NCBI GenBank assembly: GCA_015680685.1
Contig: MNCI01000721.1
Location: 540,266 to 604,257, forward strand
Direction: 5' to 3'
From: Gnetum montanum
Taxonomy: Eukaryota > Plantae > Gnetophyta
Length of the DNA: 63,992 nucleotides
A program made the translations under genes and the position numbers. Within the stretch, counting starts at the first letter, position 1. Each line of letters begins with the position of its first letter. Of this stretch, positions 51,301 to 63,992 are shown piece by piece. Below the pieces are notes generated by a model. It made no database searches, was not told the DNA's origin, and saw only the letters and a program-made list of their open reading frames with translations.

Positions 51301-54300
51301 CTGTAAGATTTCATGGTATCCATGATAGTAATAAATAAGTAAGGGAATAAAGGATCACCTTGGTGTAACCCCCTGGTGGGGGAGGAAAACCACCATAGCC
51401 GTCTGAACAAATCAAAAGAGTAGGTGTCTATTTCTTGAAGATTAATGTAGAGAGCAACAAAGTGTGGGTAAATCTCTTTCCTAAGCATGATATCTTGGAG
51501 GGCATCCTAGTGAATTATTTTATAAACTTTTGCAATATCTAGCTTGATGCACATACTGGGGAACTTGGCCTGTTGGATAGAATGCATAACTTCATGTAAC
51601 AAAATAATCTGGTCCTAGATGAACTTGTCCTTGATGAAGCCAGCTTGGTGAGGCCCACCAGGGTGGGCATCAAAGGTTGAAGACAGTGAACGAGAACCTT
51701 AGTAAAAATCCTGAGAAGGGTGTTACAGATTCTAATCAATCTGTAATGAACCAACAGGGTTGGATTGGTGATCTTAGGCAACAGAGCAATCCATGAGTAG
51801 TTGATCTCATGTCGAACCTGCCCCCATTTTAGCATCATATTGAAAGTGTTCAACATGCTATGGCCTAGAACATCAGAAAATTCCTAGAAGAATTTGATGG
51901 GCCAGCCATCAGGCCTAGGAGCTCTGATAGCCTTGAGGGACGACATTGCTTGGGAGAAGCCATCAGGCCTAGGAGCTCTGATAGCCTTGAGGGACGACAT
52001 TGCTTGGGAGAGCTTCGTCATGGTGATAGGAGTAATCAAGGACGCATTGTCCGCATCATCAATAAGTTTTTGAACATGGGCAAAGACCACACTCTGGCCC
52101 AACAACTCTATATCTCTTGCGTGACATCCTTAGGATCATGCAAGCAAGTATGCCCTTGGACAAGACTGAATTTTCTTGCATTGATTATTGGCTTTGGCAG
52201 CAGCAAAAAAGAACCATGTGTTCTTGTCTCCCTCCTTAAGCTAGTGCACTTTGGATCTTTCCTTCCAATACTGCTCTTCTTCCTCAACCAAGGATTGAAG
52301 CTCCACCAGCAGATTATGGTCCTCCTCCTCTAGGAGCTCCTCATTTTCTTGCTTGGATGGAACATCCAATAATTGCTGCTGAAGAGCAGCCCAGGTACCC
52401 TGAAACAAATACTTCTAAGAGGCCTACAGGTTCTTAATCCATTTTTTGAGGCAGGTGAGGCCATACTTAAGAAAGTCCCGGGGTCAGTGTGAGAAGGGTG
52501 TGTGGCCTAAGTTTTGTTAACCAGCTTGCGCAACCACCCCTTGGATAGCCAAGTGTGTTCAAACTGAAAAGGGATTGGAGTAGGCCTATTGGGGGGATGA
52601 ATTGAGTAGACAAGAGTGCAATGATCAGAAGCACGTTGTTCACGTCCTTGGACCAGAATCTCATGGCTCATGAGGATCTTAGCACTAACCTAGACCCTAT
52701 TAATGCACGACATGACACAGTTATGGCCTTTTCACCTATTGCTCCATGTAAACTGGCAGCCCTGAATATCAAGGTCATGGGACTGCAAAAAATGTAGAAA
52801 CTCATGGTTGCAAGGAAGAGGATTAGTATTAGTGTTAGTGTTTCCTCAAGCATGTAATTGCTGGCTAAAGTATCCAATGAGTAGGCATGATATGTGATCT
52901 AGAACTTGCCTTGTGATCTTGAGAAGTTTCTGAAGGCATTCACCCCAACAGTGGGGTCCATAGAAATTCGTGACCCAGAGCCCCACCTCATGGATGAATA
53001 CAGTGAGGCTCCAGGCAGATTCATCCAAAATATCGAAAGGTGATCGAGATAGGATAGCCAACCCTCCAGCTTGTCCTCTACAATCCATAAAATGACAAAC
53101 CAGCCCTACCATCGTAGAATATTACAATTGGTGGTATGCAACTTGGTCTGTTGTAGGAATACCACCAAATAGCCTTCCTCTGGCACCAAATCAAATAGCC
53201 TTCCTCCGACACCAAATCTTTTAGGGTACTATGTTTGTACGGGGGTGCACTAGCCCTTGCAATCCCAAGAGAGAATCTTCATGGTCTACTAGTAGACCAT
53301 TTTTTGTAGACCCCTTTGAAGGTCGTTTGAGACTCGAGGTTAATGTCAAGTGTCTTTTCAAACCTCATTGCTTGTTCAATTGGTTTGCTAACTCGCTGAG
53401 GCTCATTAGCAACGAGAAAGCCATGTGCATTTGTTGTGAAGATTTTTGTGGCCATTGGGTCGAAAGGAGGCCGCGACAAAGCCCTCATAGCTAACACCCA
53501 ATCACCAAGGGGTGGGCAGCTGATGGTCCAATAGGCACCTCCTCCCATGTAGAAGATGAGTCAAGGAGCGTAGGGGAAGCAACCCCCACCACAGCCTCCT
53601 CAATTGGACAATGTGGATCCACAACCTTTAGCATTTGGTTTCCCTTTTGGCCATTGTGGTCCTAGAGCTTGAGAGCATACTCTACATTCCTAGGTGGAAT
53701 GGTTAGCTTTTCCATAGGTTGCCCACGACACTGATTACCCATGAGTTTGCTGGGTAGGTGTAGGCTTCCCCAATGACACATTGTCATATTCCATAGATAA
53801 TTGCTTCTCATCGGAAGGCAAGTCAAGGATGACCTCTTTCAGCAAATTGCTAGGCAATAATGACTGCTAGATGCAAAATTGTGCATGCCTCATGTGCTCC
53901 TTGGTGGCAGTAAACTAATCGAAGGAAATGAACTCCCCAAATTGGCCAGCTAGCACCTGCAGAAAATCTTCAGTCCAAAGTTCCCAAGGAACATTGGACA
54001 CTCAAACCTAGACTGGAGCCCTAGAGAACAACTTGACCTCCTGATGCACCTCAGGGTGCCAATGTGTTAATGCCAAGCTGCAAGCTTCAAAAAACTAGGG
54101 CCCCCCTAGTAAGACCTGATCTCAATCCTCGAGGGACTGAAATACAAAATGGAGGAGGTCCCTTGCGAGTGACTGGACCTGAACCTTCCCCATGAACCTA
54201 CCGCTTGATAAGGTTGAGCTTGGGTCTAGACCCAAATGACACAAACCGGCTGATCAAACTCAACTCCATGGTACGAATACCCTCTTGCGGTGGTCCTTTG

Positions 54301-54522
54301 ACTTGCATCCTCATAGTGCCGTCGTCTTGAATGATAGCATCAACATCCCCATCCCCTAGGGACTAGGTGCTCATTGTGCACTCTAGAGATAGCCTTGCTT
54401 GCACCACCCGAGCCTTGTTTGTCCATGCATGCATCCCGACCATCCGTACTATCCACCTCGTTCTTGTCACTGAGCTCCTTGGGTGCTCCACTAGTCTCCT
54501 GCGCTGCACTCCCTCCCCCCAT
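48400..54522 (-). mobile_element. Full-length decayed L1 LINE (ORF1, endonuclease, RT, zf-RVT) with an extended ORF2 tail ending in a J-domain-like module (copy B)
   Basis: ORF1 DUF4283-like (VLLGGP*FF..., VSNVPWELW ~53900-54200); EN GQAGGLAIL, NFYGP; RT IALLPK, RGLHQGDPLFPYLF, YADD; LWCI*KARNAKIF at ~50230-50265. Confidence 0.9.
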
Positions 54523-55231
54523 TTCAAACTCGGTTTCTATTATATTGATGAATTCTCAAGAAGATATGCATTTATACAAAATAGTATAAACATATATTTT
54601 AAAAATTTCATAATTATTTAATTGCAAAATAAGTATTTGGTTGTTTACCTTAACGATTGCTGTGGTTGCATTTATTAAAATCAAATGATATTGTTGTTGA
54701 AGACCTTTTTACTGTCTCTTGATGTTCATTCAATCTAGGAGGATTGATCCAATTGAGCAATCTTTTCTTACATGCTGCATTGATTGGATAGTGAAATTAT
54801 ATTTGTTAATGTAATTGCTGATATCTCTACTTAGTTCGGATATAAAGTCATGGCCTAGTCTGAGCTACATCCAATATTTTTATTTTGCTTGTTTTTCATA
54901 CCATCATTTTCAAATTTTGATCATTATTAGAATCTGAGGAAGATAATAGACACTTTTGGTTATGTTTTTCTTTGTGATCAACGTACTGGGCATTAGTCCA
55001 CAAGGTAGATGATGCAACCTGTCTATCTCTATTATTTTAGAAAGTCATCATAGCTATTAGCAAATTCAGTAACTTTGAATGTGCACTAGTATTTAAAGAT
55101 GTTTTAAAATCAAACGTGTTATTTCAAGGTCGAAATTTCTGAGTTTTATGCATTCTTTTAATCACTGAGAATTTTCATTGCATGTTTACAAATATGGCCT
55201 TGTGTAGCCCATTTACATTTATATAGGATCA

Positions 55232-55305
55232 TCACCCATAGGCTCAATGCTCAACCTGCTAAGGTGGGGTCCTGGGAGGGCAGTGGATGAATGGAAGCCT
55301 AAACT
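55232..55305 (+). repeat. SINE-like repeat fragment (Au/RTE-related); second copy inverted at 60862-60968
   Basis: ggctcaatgctcaacctgctaaggtggggtcctgggagggcagtggatgaatggaagcctaa matches the reverse complement of 60895-60965. Confidence 0.55.
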
Positions 55306-55868
55306 TAAATCTTTATGCCTCATATAGAAGCCTTTGTGATCCTGCCTGGCCCCTGTTGGTAAATCTTTATGTCAAATTGCGTCATTCTTTATGCCAAATT
55401 GGTCCAAATCTTTATGGGTGTTTCCAAGTCCATCTAGAAACAACTCTCATTCAAGTCATTTAGGCCTGAGAGTGCCAATACAGGTAAAAGTATTTAAGAT
55501 GGTGAAAGATTTCTGAAAATAAAATCAGACATCAACCACAAGTGCAACAAGGGAGGAATTGAAGCTTCAGTTTATGTAATAATCAGTCATATTCATGCTC
55601 AAAACACAATCACATCAAGAAAACTTTTCACATTCATGTCATTAATTCTTGCAGTTGGAAATAACAAAATCTTGCTTTGAATTTTTTTTTTAATTAAAGT
55701 TTGCTTGTTTGTTTATCTCATATTCATAAAGATCAGATGAGAATGGAAGGTAGTTTGATTTGTAGGCTAGGATTGTTTATTGAACTTGCTACAATGAAAG
55801 GGCAATGGCAAAGATTTTGATTCATAGAGAAAGGAAGATTATTTATTGAGCTCCTCTGTGCTTGGATG

Positions 55869-58800
55869 TGAAGAATCTAAAGGGTCCTAGATCTATGAGC
55901 TAAAAGGAAATAAAGAGCTTAGTTAGAACAAACACACTCATATACAACTCTCTTAAATTCTCTTACAAATGAACATATGCTGCTACAATTATATAGGCCA
56001 TGATCTTCCAAGAATAGATTTGGAGAGATAAGTCTGAATCTAGGAAATCATGGGGATGATCCTTATTATCTCATTTAAGAATCTTCTTAATAGGGGATCA
56101 ATTAATCATGGAATTAGATGGAAATTACATGAATAGGATCTCATTTAATATAGATTTATGGATGAGATCTATCTAATTCTTTTGTGGAACATCTAATCAT
56201 CGTATTCCACAAACCCTCCCATGATGGTAATAGATTCCACTCCAAGTCTTTAAAAGATTCAAACTTTTCACAACTCATAATCTTGGTAAAAATATCTACC
56301 ATTTGTGCTTTAGTTTCACAATGCTCCATGTTGAGTGTGTTGTCTTGGATTAAACTTCTGAGATGATGATGCTTGATATCTGTGTTTGGAACACCCATGA
56401 TAGATAGGATTGTGTGCCATCGCAATAGTGCTTGTGCTATCTTTGTATAAACAAATGGGAGGTTCAAGAGTATATCCCATTTCAGTGAAAATGGAGTGGA
56501 TCCATATGTCTTGAGTAGCAATGTTTGATGTGGCTATATATTCTGCTTTAGCTAATGAGAGGGTGATTGTATTGTGCTTCTTTGATCCCCAAGAGATAAG
56601 TGATGGACCAAAGAAAAAAAACATAGAAGTTGATTTACGATCTTCAAGGTCACCTCCTCAATCTACATCAGTGTATCCCCATATCTCGAAATTTTCATGT
56701 TGATGAAATGTGATCCTATAATCTATAATCTTTTGTAGTTCTCAGGTATCATAGAACCCACTTCACAACTTTCCGATGTGATTCATGCGGATCTTACACA
56801 AACTAGGAGATAATTTACAGCAACTTGGATGTCTGAATAGGTATTGGAAAGATACATGAGACTACCAACGAGGGAATGGTATAATGAAGGATTGAAGGAT
56901 GGGGATGTGCCATCCATGGTAAGTTTTGTACCGAGGGAGAGTGGTGTATCTAAGGGATTACAATTATTCATGCCAAATTTCTCAATTAAGGATTGGGCAA
57001 GTTTTATTTGGCATATGGAAATAGATTTTGGTCTTTGGACAACTTGAAAGCCCAAAAGACATGACAGCTTCCCTAAATCAGACGTTTGAAATTCATTTTT
57101 CATGGTATTAAGGAAATTATTTCCTAATGTAGTTGTAGATGAAAAATAGATTAAATCATATACTTATAAACAAACAAAAATGTAATCATCATCACCAGAT
57201 ACTTTTTTGTATATGGTTGTTTGGGATTGAAGATTGGTGAAGCTTGTTGACATGACAAATGCATGGATTCGGGCATACCAAGCACGTGGAGCTTGCTTGA
57301 GCCCATATAATGCTTTATGGAGTTTGTAAGCATGAGTTTTCTTTTCTTCATCAAGGAAACTTGGTGGTTGCTCCACGTAAGCCTCTTCATTGAGAAATTC
57401 CAAGGTAGATGCCACATCTAGTTGATAAACTGCATGACCAGCTTGAGCAACAATAGTAGGAAAATTTTCCACATATTCCATCCGAGAGATAGGAGCAAAA
57501 CTTTCATCAAAGTCTCTCCCTTGCTGCTGAAGACATCCTTTTTGAGAAAATGTTCGGGAGTGTATTACTGAAAAATTATAGTACAGGAGTATACAATTCG
57601 AGGGTCATCNNNNNNNNNNNNNNNNNNNNNNNNNNNNNNNNNNNNNNNNNNNNNNNNNNNNNNNNNNNNNNNNNNNNAAAGCACGGGGGGGAGGGAAGGA
57701 AACAACGTCGTTGGGAGGGGGGCGGAGCGGGCCCCGTTCCTGATCCCTTAGGGGTGAGTCGGCAACCGACAGCAGGCACAGTGTGGGCGTTCCAGCTCAT
57801 GAAGCAGATCCAAAGTGTTGCGGTGATCCTCGGTGTCCATGAAATTTGCCGCCCGTTGGATACCCTGCATAGCAGACTCCTGCCTGCTCTGGTCCTCTGG
57901 CGAATCCCCCACATCCGAATGAAAGCGCGTCGAGGTTCGACGGATATGTCTCTGGAGTTCCCCCCAGGAGCTCTCACAACTGATGCCCAAGATGAGGTAC
58001 GAGCATCCCCCCACCCTAAGCCACTGCCGGGCACTGTGCTCGTGTGCCCGATCAAGCTGTCTTTGCCTCTGCTCCTCCTCCTCCTGCAAATGCTCCTACT
58101 CTGCCCTCTCCTCCTCCTCCCGCGCTGAAGATATCCTTTGGCTACTAGGTGAGCTTTGAATTTTCCACCACACAATGTTGATTTCTTTTAATTTTAAAGA
58201 CCCACTTTAAATTGATAGTAGGTTTACCAAATGGACGTGTCATAAGACTCAATGTATTGTTTTTGTTGATTTGATGTAGCTCTTTCTCCATGGCATCAAT
58301 CCAACATACATCTAGGGCTGCTTCGACGACAGAGGATGGTTCCATAAGGCCATCATCACTCCCCCTTCATTGGCATGAGCAGTGCAAAAAACTCATCAAC
58401 CATGGTACTGGTGTAGAGAGCATCCGTAGTATCTCTCAAATCTTGCAATGTTTGCCTAAGTGCCTCCGAAGAGTTACTGTAGGTCAAGCGCCTAGTGAAG
58501 TTTGTATCTAGCATATTGGAGGTTGGATGATATTTAGCCAGCTGAGAAGTGGGCGGAATTTGTGGTATAGTGCAGGTGGATGACACTGTTGATGAAGCAA
58601 TCATCCCGGAGGGAATGATGGGTGATGAATGACCACTAGTATGATGCAGTTGCAGAGTATTGGTTTGTGAACCAACAAGATTTATATCCCAACGTGGAGC
58701 AGCGTTAGAAATAGATGTAGATGGCAATGATCCCATAAAACGAGGAGGAAAAGGATGGCCAGCAGCTACATGATCTACCTCAATTCTGGCATTGCCCTAG

Positions 58801-60710
58801 ATGTCGAAAATATTGTGGCAGGGCACATGGGGCCCCAACATTTGATGGAGTAGGATAATTGGAAGAGTGCTTTAAGGGTGTAAAATGATCATGCAGTAAA
58901 ATTTGGCCACCATTTTGTGTTGTGCCATGTTGGAATTTAGCAAGGATTGAAAATTATTAGCAGGAGACTATGTCATAGGATAATCCAATGCAAGATTTTC
59001 AAAAATGGATGATGGGCAATACCTTTGTCATCATCAACCTTAAAAATCTTACACACATCTTTTTCAAATTCCACACAATAACCATTATGACATAATTGCC
59101 CAACACTTAATAAATTCTTTGAAATATTCGGAACATAATATATCTAGGAGATAATATATTTGTTACCTTGAGTTGTTGTGAAGGCAAGCAATCCAATCCT
59201 GGTAATGGTTAAATTCTTCCCATTACCTATAGTTACCTTTTTATCATATTTTTCTAAACTTGAGAACAATTTCTTATTCCCTATTATGTGATTACTGCAC
59301 CCACTATAAACATACCAAATATTGTTGTTGTTGCCAGCATTTGGTACCTTTGTAGAAATCAAGAGTTGATCTTCCTCTTTTTCAATGTAAAATAATAGTT
59401 CACCTTTTTGTTGATCTTCATGGTCTACAATTTTTGCTTTGCCTTTATTTTCATACTTTTTTCTAGACCAACATTTTAAGGTATTGTGGGTGTTGGTGCC
59501 ACAAAAATCACAATGCTCACCCCTTGATTGATTGGATCTTCCACGACCATGACCTTGACCTCCAAATCTTCCATGATGTGTCCACGTCCTCTAAATGAGG
59601 ATCAGCCTAAGGATCTTTGATTTTGATTTTGATTGGACATCCTTTGAAATTGCATTTGAAATGCATTTGCTGTTGACTCCTCATGATCAATAATCCTTTG
59701 CTTGTATGTTCTTAAGCTTCTTATGAGCTCAACCATGGTCATCTTATCGAGTTATTTTGCTTCTTCAATAGCCACAATGATGGGATCCATATCATTTGGT
59801 TACACTTTGAAGGATCTTTTCAATAGCACACCTTTCCTCAAGTGTTTCTCCACAAGATCAAGTCCATTTCAAACTTGTTGAAATTGGCTGATGTATTGAT
59901 CAATATTTTCTGAATCTAGCATGTGCAAAGATTCGAAATCTTTCCTTAATACTTGTAGCTTGACAACATGAACTTTTGATGATCCCTTGTATGTAATTTC
60001 CAATGCATCCCATGCAGCTTTGCTAGTTTGATGCATGACAATTTTGGGAAAGATTGTCACATCTAACCTAGATTGAATGATGAATAATGCTTTTGCATCT
60101 TTCTTATGAAGCTCCTTGACTTTATTCTTTTCTTCTTTCTTCAAAGCTTGAAATGTTGTTGATCAACATCTTTGAATCTGTTCTCAACAAAATCCCATAG
60201 ATCTTGTGAGATCAAGAATGTCTACATCTTGATTGCCCAATACTCATAATTCTCTCCATTGAAGACAGGAACTTGGAGAGATATGGAATCATGATTTTGA
60301 GCCATACTGGAGAGATTTGTTGTCAAGGATTTAAACTAACTAGCTACGATACCAAATGAAGAATCTAAAGGGCATTGGATCTATGATCTAAGCTAAAAGG
60401 AAATAAAGAACTTAGTTAGAACAAACACGCTTTTGTGAAACTCTCTTAATTTCTCTTATAAATGAACATATGCTGCTACAATTATATAGGCTATAACCTC
60501 CCTACAATAGATTTGGAGAGATAAGCATGAATCTAGGAAATCATGGAAATGATCCTTATCATCTCATTTAAGGATCTTCTTAATGGGGGATCAACTAATC
60601 ATGGAATTAGATAGGAATTACATGAATTGGGTCTTATATTATTTAATATAGATTTTATGAATGAGATCTATCTAATTCTTTTGTGGAACATTTAATCATC
60701 ATATTGCACA
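55869..60710 (-). mobile_element. Ty1/Copia LTR retrotransposon, decayed, integrase core missing
   Basis: LTRs 55869-56211 and 60357-60710, TSD ggatg/agatg, PBS TGGTATCGTAGC (Met-i type) at 60343-60354, PPT beside 56212. Gag PVFNGENYEYW; protease WYVYSGCSNH; RT YQLDV, LHKALYGLKQAPRAW; RH ISWGSKKH, ADIFTK-like motif. Confidence 0.92.
57542..58123 (-). mobile_element. 5'-truncated LINE tail inserted in the Copia RT; coiled coil plus J-domain-like module (copy C)
   Basis: 16-bp TSD gctgaaga(c/t)atccttt at 57526-57541 and 58124-58139; GC-rich; ORF 57748-58089 LDRAHEHSARQWLRVGGCSYLILGI...FHSDVG...IQRAANFMD. Confidence 0.85.
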
Positions 60711-60861
60711 AGATGATCCAATAAAATAAAGCTAGTAAGCTTGCAGAGATTTGTTTAGCTGCAGAGGTTTGGTTCTAGACTTGGAATTTCTATGATGGAT
60801 TTGGGTCTGGAATTGAGGACAACTATTTGAAGTGATGGTAAGGTGCTTGTTTTTCAAGACT

Positions 60862-60968
60862 TGGGATTGAGCCTGGGTGCAACCACTCAAAAGAGGTTAG
60901 GCTTTTGCTCATTCACTACCCTCTTAGGGAACCCACCATGGCAGGATAAGCATTGAACCTCTAGGTAG
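60862..60968 (-). repeat. SINE-like repeat, second copy
   Basis: Homologous to 55232-55305. Confidence 0.55.
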
Positions 60969-61157
60969 AAGAGCATACAAACTGCCTTAGGATATCTTTA
61001 ATGGTAGTGCTAGTGCATGCACATCAGATGTGAGCATGCATACATGTGAACATACATTTTGTGAGAAATTCTAACTGTTGCTCGCATGGTGGATGATGGT
61101 CATCAAATATACATAAGTTAGGAGCGTTGCATTAAAAAAGACATCCTAAAGAAGTTT

Positions 61158-61850
61158 TTATGCTGTTCCCCTCTGGGTGATGATCCTAATTGGGTCTGGA
61201 ATTGGTATTTTTAATGGAGTCATGATAGATGCGATGTGTGATGACATGTTGCCATGGTGGTTGAGAATGGAAAAACGGAAAGTTTTAACGGGCAGACTTC
61301 CAAATGCTTTAACAAGGTGGCAAGGAAGGTTGTATCCTCTTCCATCACACCTACCATTTCCAAAGCTGATAATGCATCGCCTTCCATGTGTCTTGCAAAA
61401 ATTCAAATTCTTGCCAGCGTCTAGAACATGTCTGATGTGCTTGAATGTGAAAGTGTGTCCATCCTTCTTTCTTAGAACAACAGAGCCAATACCTTGGATT
61501 GTACATTTGGTAAAGATGTGCATATTGATTTCATACATACACATATGAAATAAAATGTTTCCTGTATAGAGAAACATGAAATGCGGCTCTTGAACCTCTC
61601 GAATAGAATACTATGAAACATTGACATCTCCTTGCACAAACATTGTAGCAGTAGGCTCTCCATATGATTGTTGGCTTAAGGCATTGCCTTTCCGTTTTCC
61701 TTTTTCCTTTTTCCTTCAGAAGCCAACAATCCCTTTGTAAATATCCTTTCCTTTTACACTAGTAGCATATCATGTCCCTACTACAAGCTTTACCTTTGTT
61801 CCTGCTGTTTCCACTTTCTCCTTCTCTGTTTTGAGGATGTTCTCCATCTG
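61158..61850 (-). mobile_element. Copia gag/protease fragment
   Basis: TIQGIGSVVL...TFKHIRHVL...KNL protease signature. Confidence 0.7.
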
Positions 61851-63038
61851 CTACAGGGGCTTTTCCAACATTTTTACCACTGCCACAGCCTACAATATTT
61901 CATTTTTTCTGTCTAGTAAAGTGGATATTGAACTATTAAGGCATGTGTTTTACGATTACAAGGATCAGTGTAAATACAAACATCCTAACACAGAGTCAGC
62001 AAAATTAGTACGTGTGTAATATGCCACTCTTCTGTGAAATGTATGCTCAAATCTTTAATTTGTAAAATATATCCTGTATCTCATCCAGGTGGTTTAATAT
62101 CCCTTTGATCATTAGATTTTGACAGACAACAAACCAATTTCGCTTTACCGTGTTTCAATTTTGACTTCTGACCAAACCAATTTCGTCAAACTGTGCAAAA
62201 TGACATGACCTATTATCTGCAACATCCTTGATGTCAGTAATCTGCTTTGAATGCCATTAACCATAGATGCCGTTTATTGGGTTCGGTAAAATAGTGAAAT
62301 TGGTAGAAGGCTTGAGCAAAATTAACATTACAAAAAGTGAAATTGGTATTAGAATAGACAAAATCAATTGGTCAAAGGAATAACTTTGCCCTTTCTTTCA
62401 TACTAGTTATAAATGTTTGACTTGTTAGTGAGGCATTGCTCAGTTAGTTAGAGCATGTGGCTTGTGGTTTGAAAGTTGCATGCTCCATTCTGATGGGTAC
62501 ATTGATTTGACACACCATTATGTTCTGCTTAAGTTCTCTGAAAGTATTGTATTGGCTGTATGTCCTGGGGTACATATAGTAAATCTAGTTTCAATTCTGA
62601 CATTCCCTCCTCCCAACCGACAAACTCAACACCAGAAAATTGTTAATTATAGATTGCTGATCTTACGTATCCAAGGCTTTTGTGCTGTCATAACTTTCCC
62701 ATGCATTTTCAAAATACTGTGCTATCATAACTATCACATGCACTTTCAAAATACTGTTACTGAAGCAGGGCCTGTTCTATGAAAAAGCTGTTTGATTCAA
62801 CTCAGTTCAATCTTTTATCTGGCAATATCGTTTTTCAAGCAGCATCATCAAGCCCAAAATCCTCCTATTCTTCAGCATTTGTCTTCCAGGAAATGTTTTG
62901 TTCTTTCCACACAAAAATATGCTGCATGAGAATTTTCCACACCCCAATTTTTGGGGACAATCAGACATTTCGTGGCATACAGATGCTCCATGAAACCCAA
63001 ACACGTTTCTGCACAAGAAGACACTTTGGAAAACCCGC

Positions 63039-63260
63039 GTTCTGATACCACGTAATAATAATAAAACCATATTGCTATATTGATAAATCAACAACAAAAT
63101 AAAATGAAATAGGAAATACAACAGAAAAAAATGAACACCAAGTTTTACGTGGAAAACCCAGGAGGGTGAAAACCCGTAGTAAAACAGTGTAAAGCTCGAT
63201 GACAACAATGCCAAACAGTGCAAACAACCTTCAAGGTTTGGCACTCAAACACACCAAACT
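63039..63260 (-). mobile_element. Copia PBS (Met-i) plus LTR remnant
   Basis: gttctgatacca followed by the tttacgtggaaaaccc...gaaaacccg motif common in Copia LTRs. Confidence 0.55.
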
Positions 63261-63992
63261 TTTTCTTTGATCTATCTTCAGGAAGCATTTCACAAACTCC
63301 TCGTGCTGCAGCTACGTTAGATGAATCATGAGGCTAATCCTTTCAATTGGTGCAGCATTATCATTGTCATTATTCTTGTGGTCCTCTTGTTGCTCCTTCA
63401 TGGGGGATTCCACGCCCTTTTCTTGTATGGTGTTGCCTTCCCCTTGCCATGTGCATCTTCATCCTAAGTACCACTCCCTTGCCTTACCTTAGACAAAGAG
63501 TGGGTATTACAGTAGCCTTGGTTTCCCTTGACAGGATCTTCTGGTGTGGGCAGTACTGCCAAGCAGGGGTGTCAGGCATGCTGGTGGTTGGAGGGGCAAG
63601 CCTTGGAATGGAGAAAGCCATTGATTACATTGTTGAGTGGATGTTTCATATGAGGGTTGGGTAGAAGTCTAACTCTCCTTATAATCAGTTATGCCGTACC
63701 CTTTACATTGTTGAGTTCACAGATTACAAATTTCAAACCTCTCTCTCTCTCACATAGATATCTTAGGAAATCAAGAAAGTCCATGTAGTTTTATTTTGGT
63801 ATCTACAGTGTTCTTTTGCTTTGTACTTTTTTGTTTTGTTTTTGCTAAACAATTCTCCCAAATGCAAATAGCTCTGTATCTCTGTAAAGACTACAGTCGA
63901 CTTTTCAAGCAACGATAAATACATCATGATTTTGCCTAAATTTAGGACAGATCTAATGTGTATCCAGTACTACCATATTCAAAAATATTAAT

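Noticed and set aside
62436-62465. tRNA-Asn-like 5' fragment (gctcagttagttagagcatgtggct)
   Set aside because: No T-arm or acceptor stem follows; not a tRNA gene.
63340-63690. Possible fourth piece of the J-module LINE
   Set aside because: Only compositional resemblance; no alignable motif found by eye.

Overview
Land-plant nuclear DNA, judged from GT-AG introns, the transposon load and pervasive C>T/G>A decay. 1-15925 is a young Ty3/Gypsy Tat/Ogre-type LTR retrotransposon on the minus strand (tRNA-Asn PBS). Its protease and RT are separated by a ~5.3 kb intron-like spacer that holds a multi-exon antisense gene. It is nested in an older Athila-like element (to 24677) that also carries a solo LTR, and a decayed LINE follows. 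The single host gene is a SAL1/FRY1-type 3'(2'),5'-bisphosphate nucleotidase (exons 1-7, 27732-40774; last exon not found in the window) with very large TE-filled introns. Main finding: three diverged, independently inserted L1-type LINE copies (about 36.7-37.9, 48.4-54.5 and 57.5-58.1 kb) end in the same coiled-coil plus DnaJ-like (J-domain) module. Their HLD/HPN/HSD motifs each revert to HPD by one transition. In the full-length copy the extension carrying this module starts in frame with the end of ORF2. All homology calls are by eye; no database searches were run.
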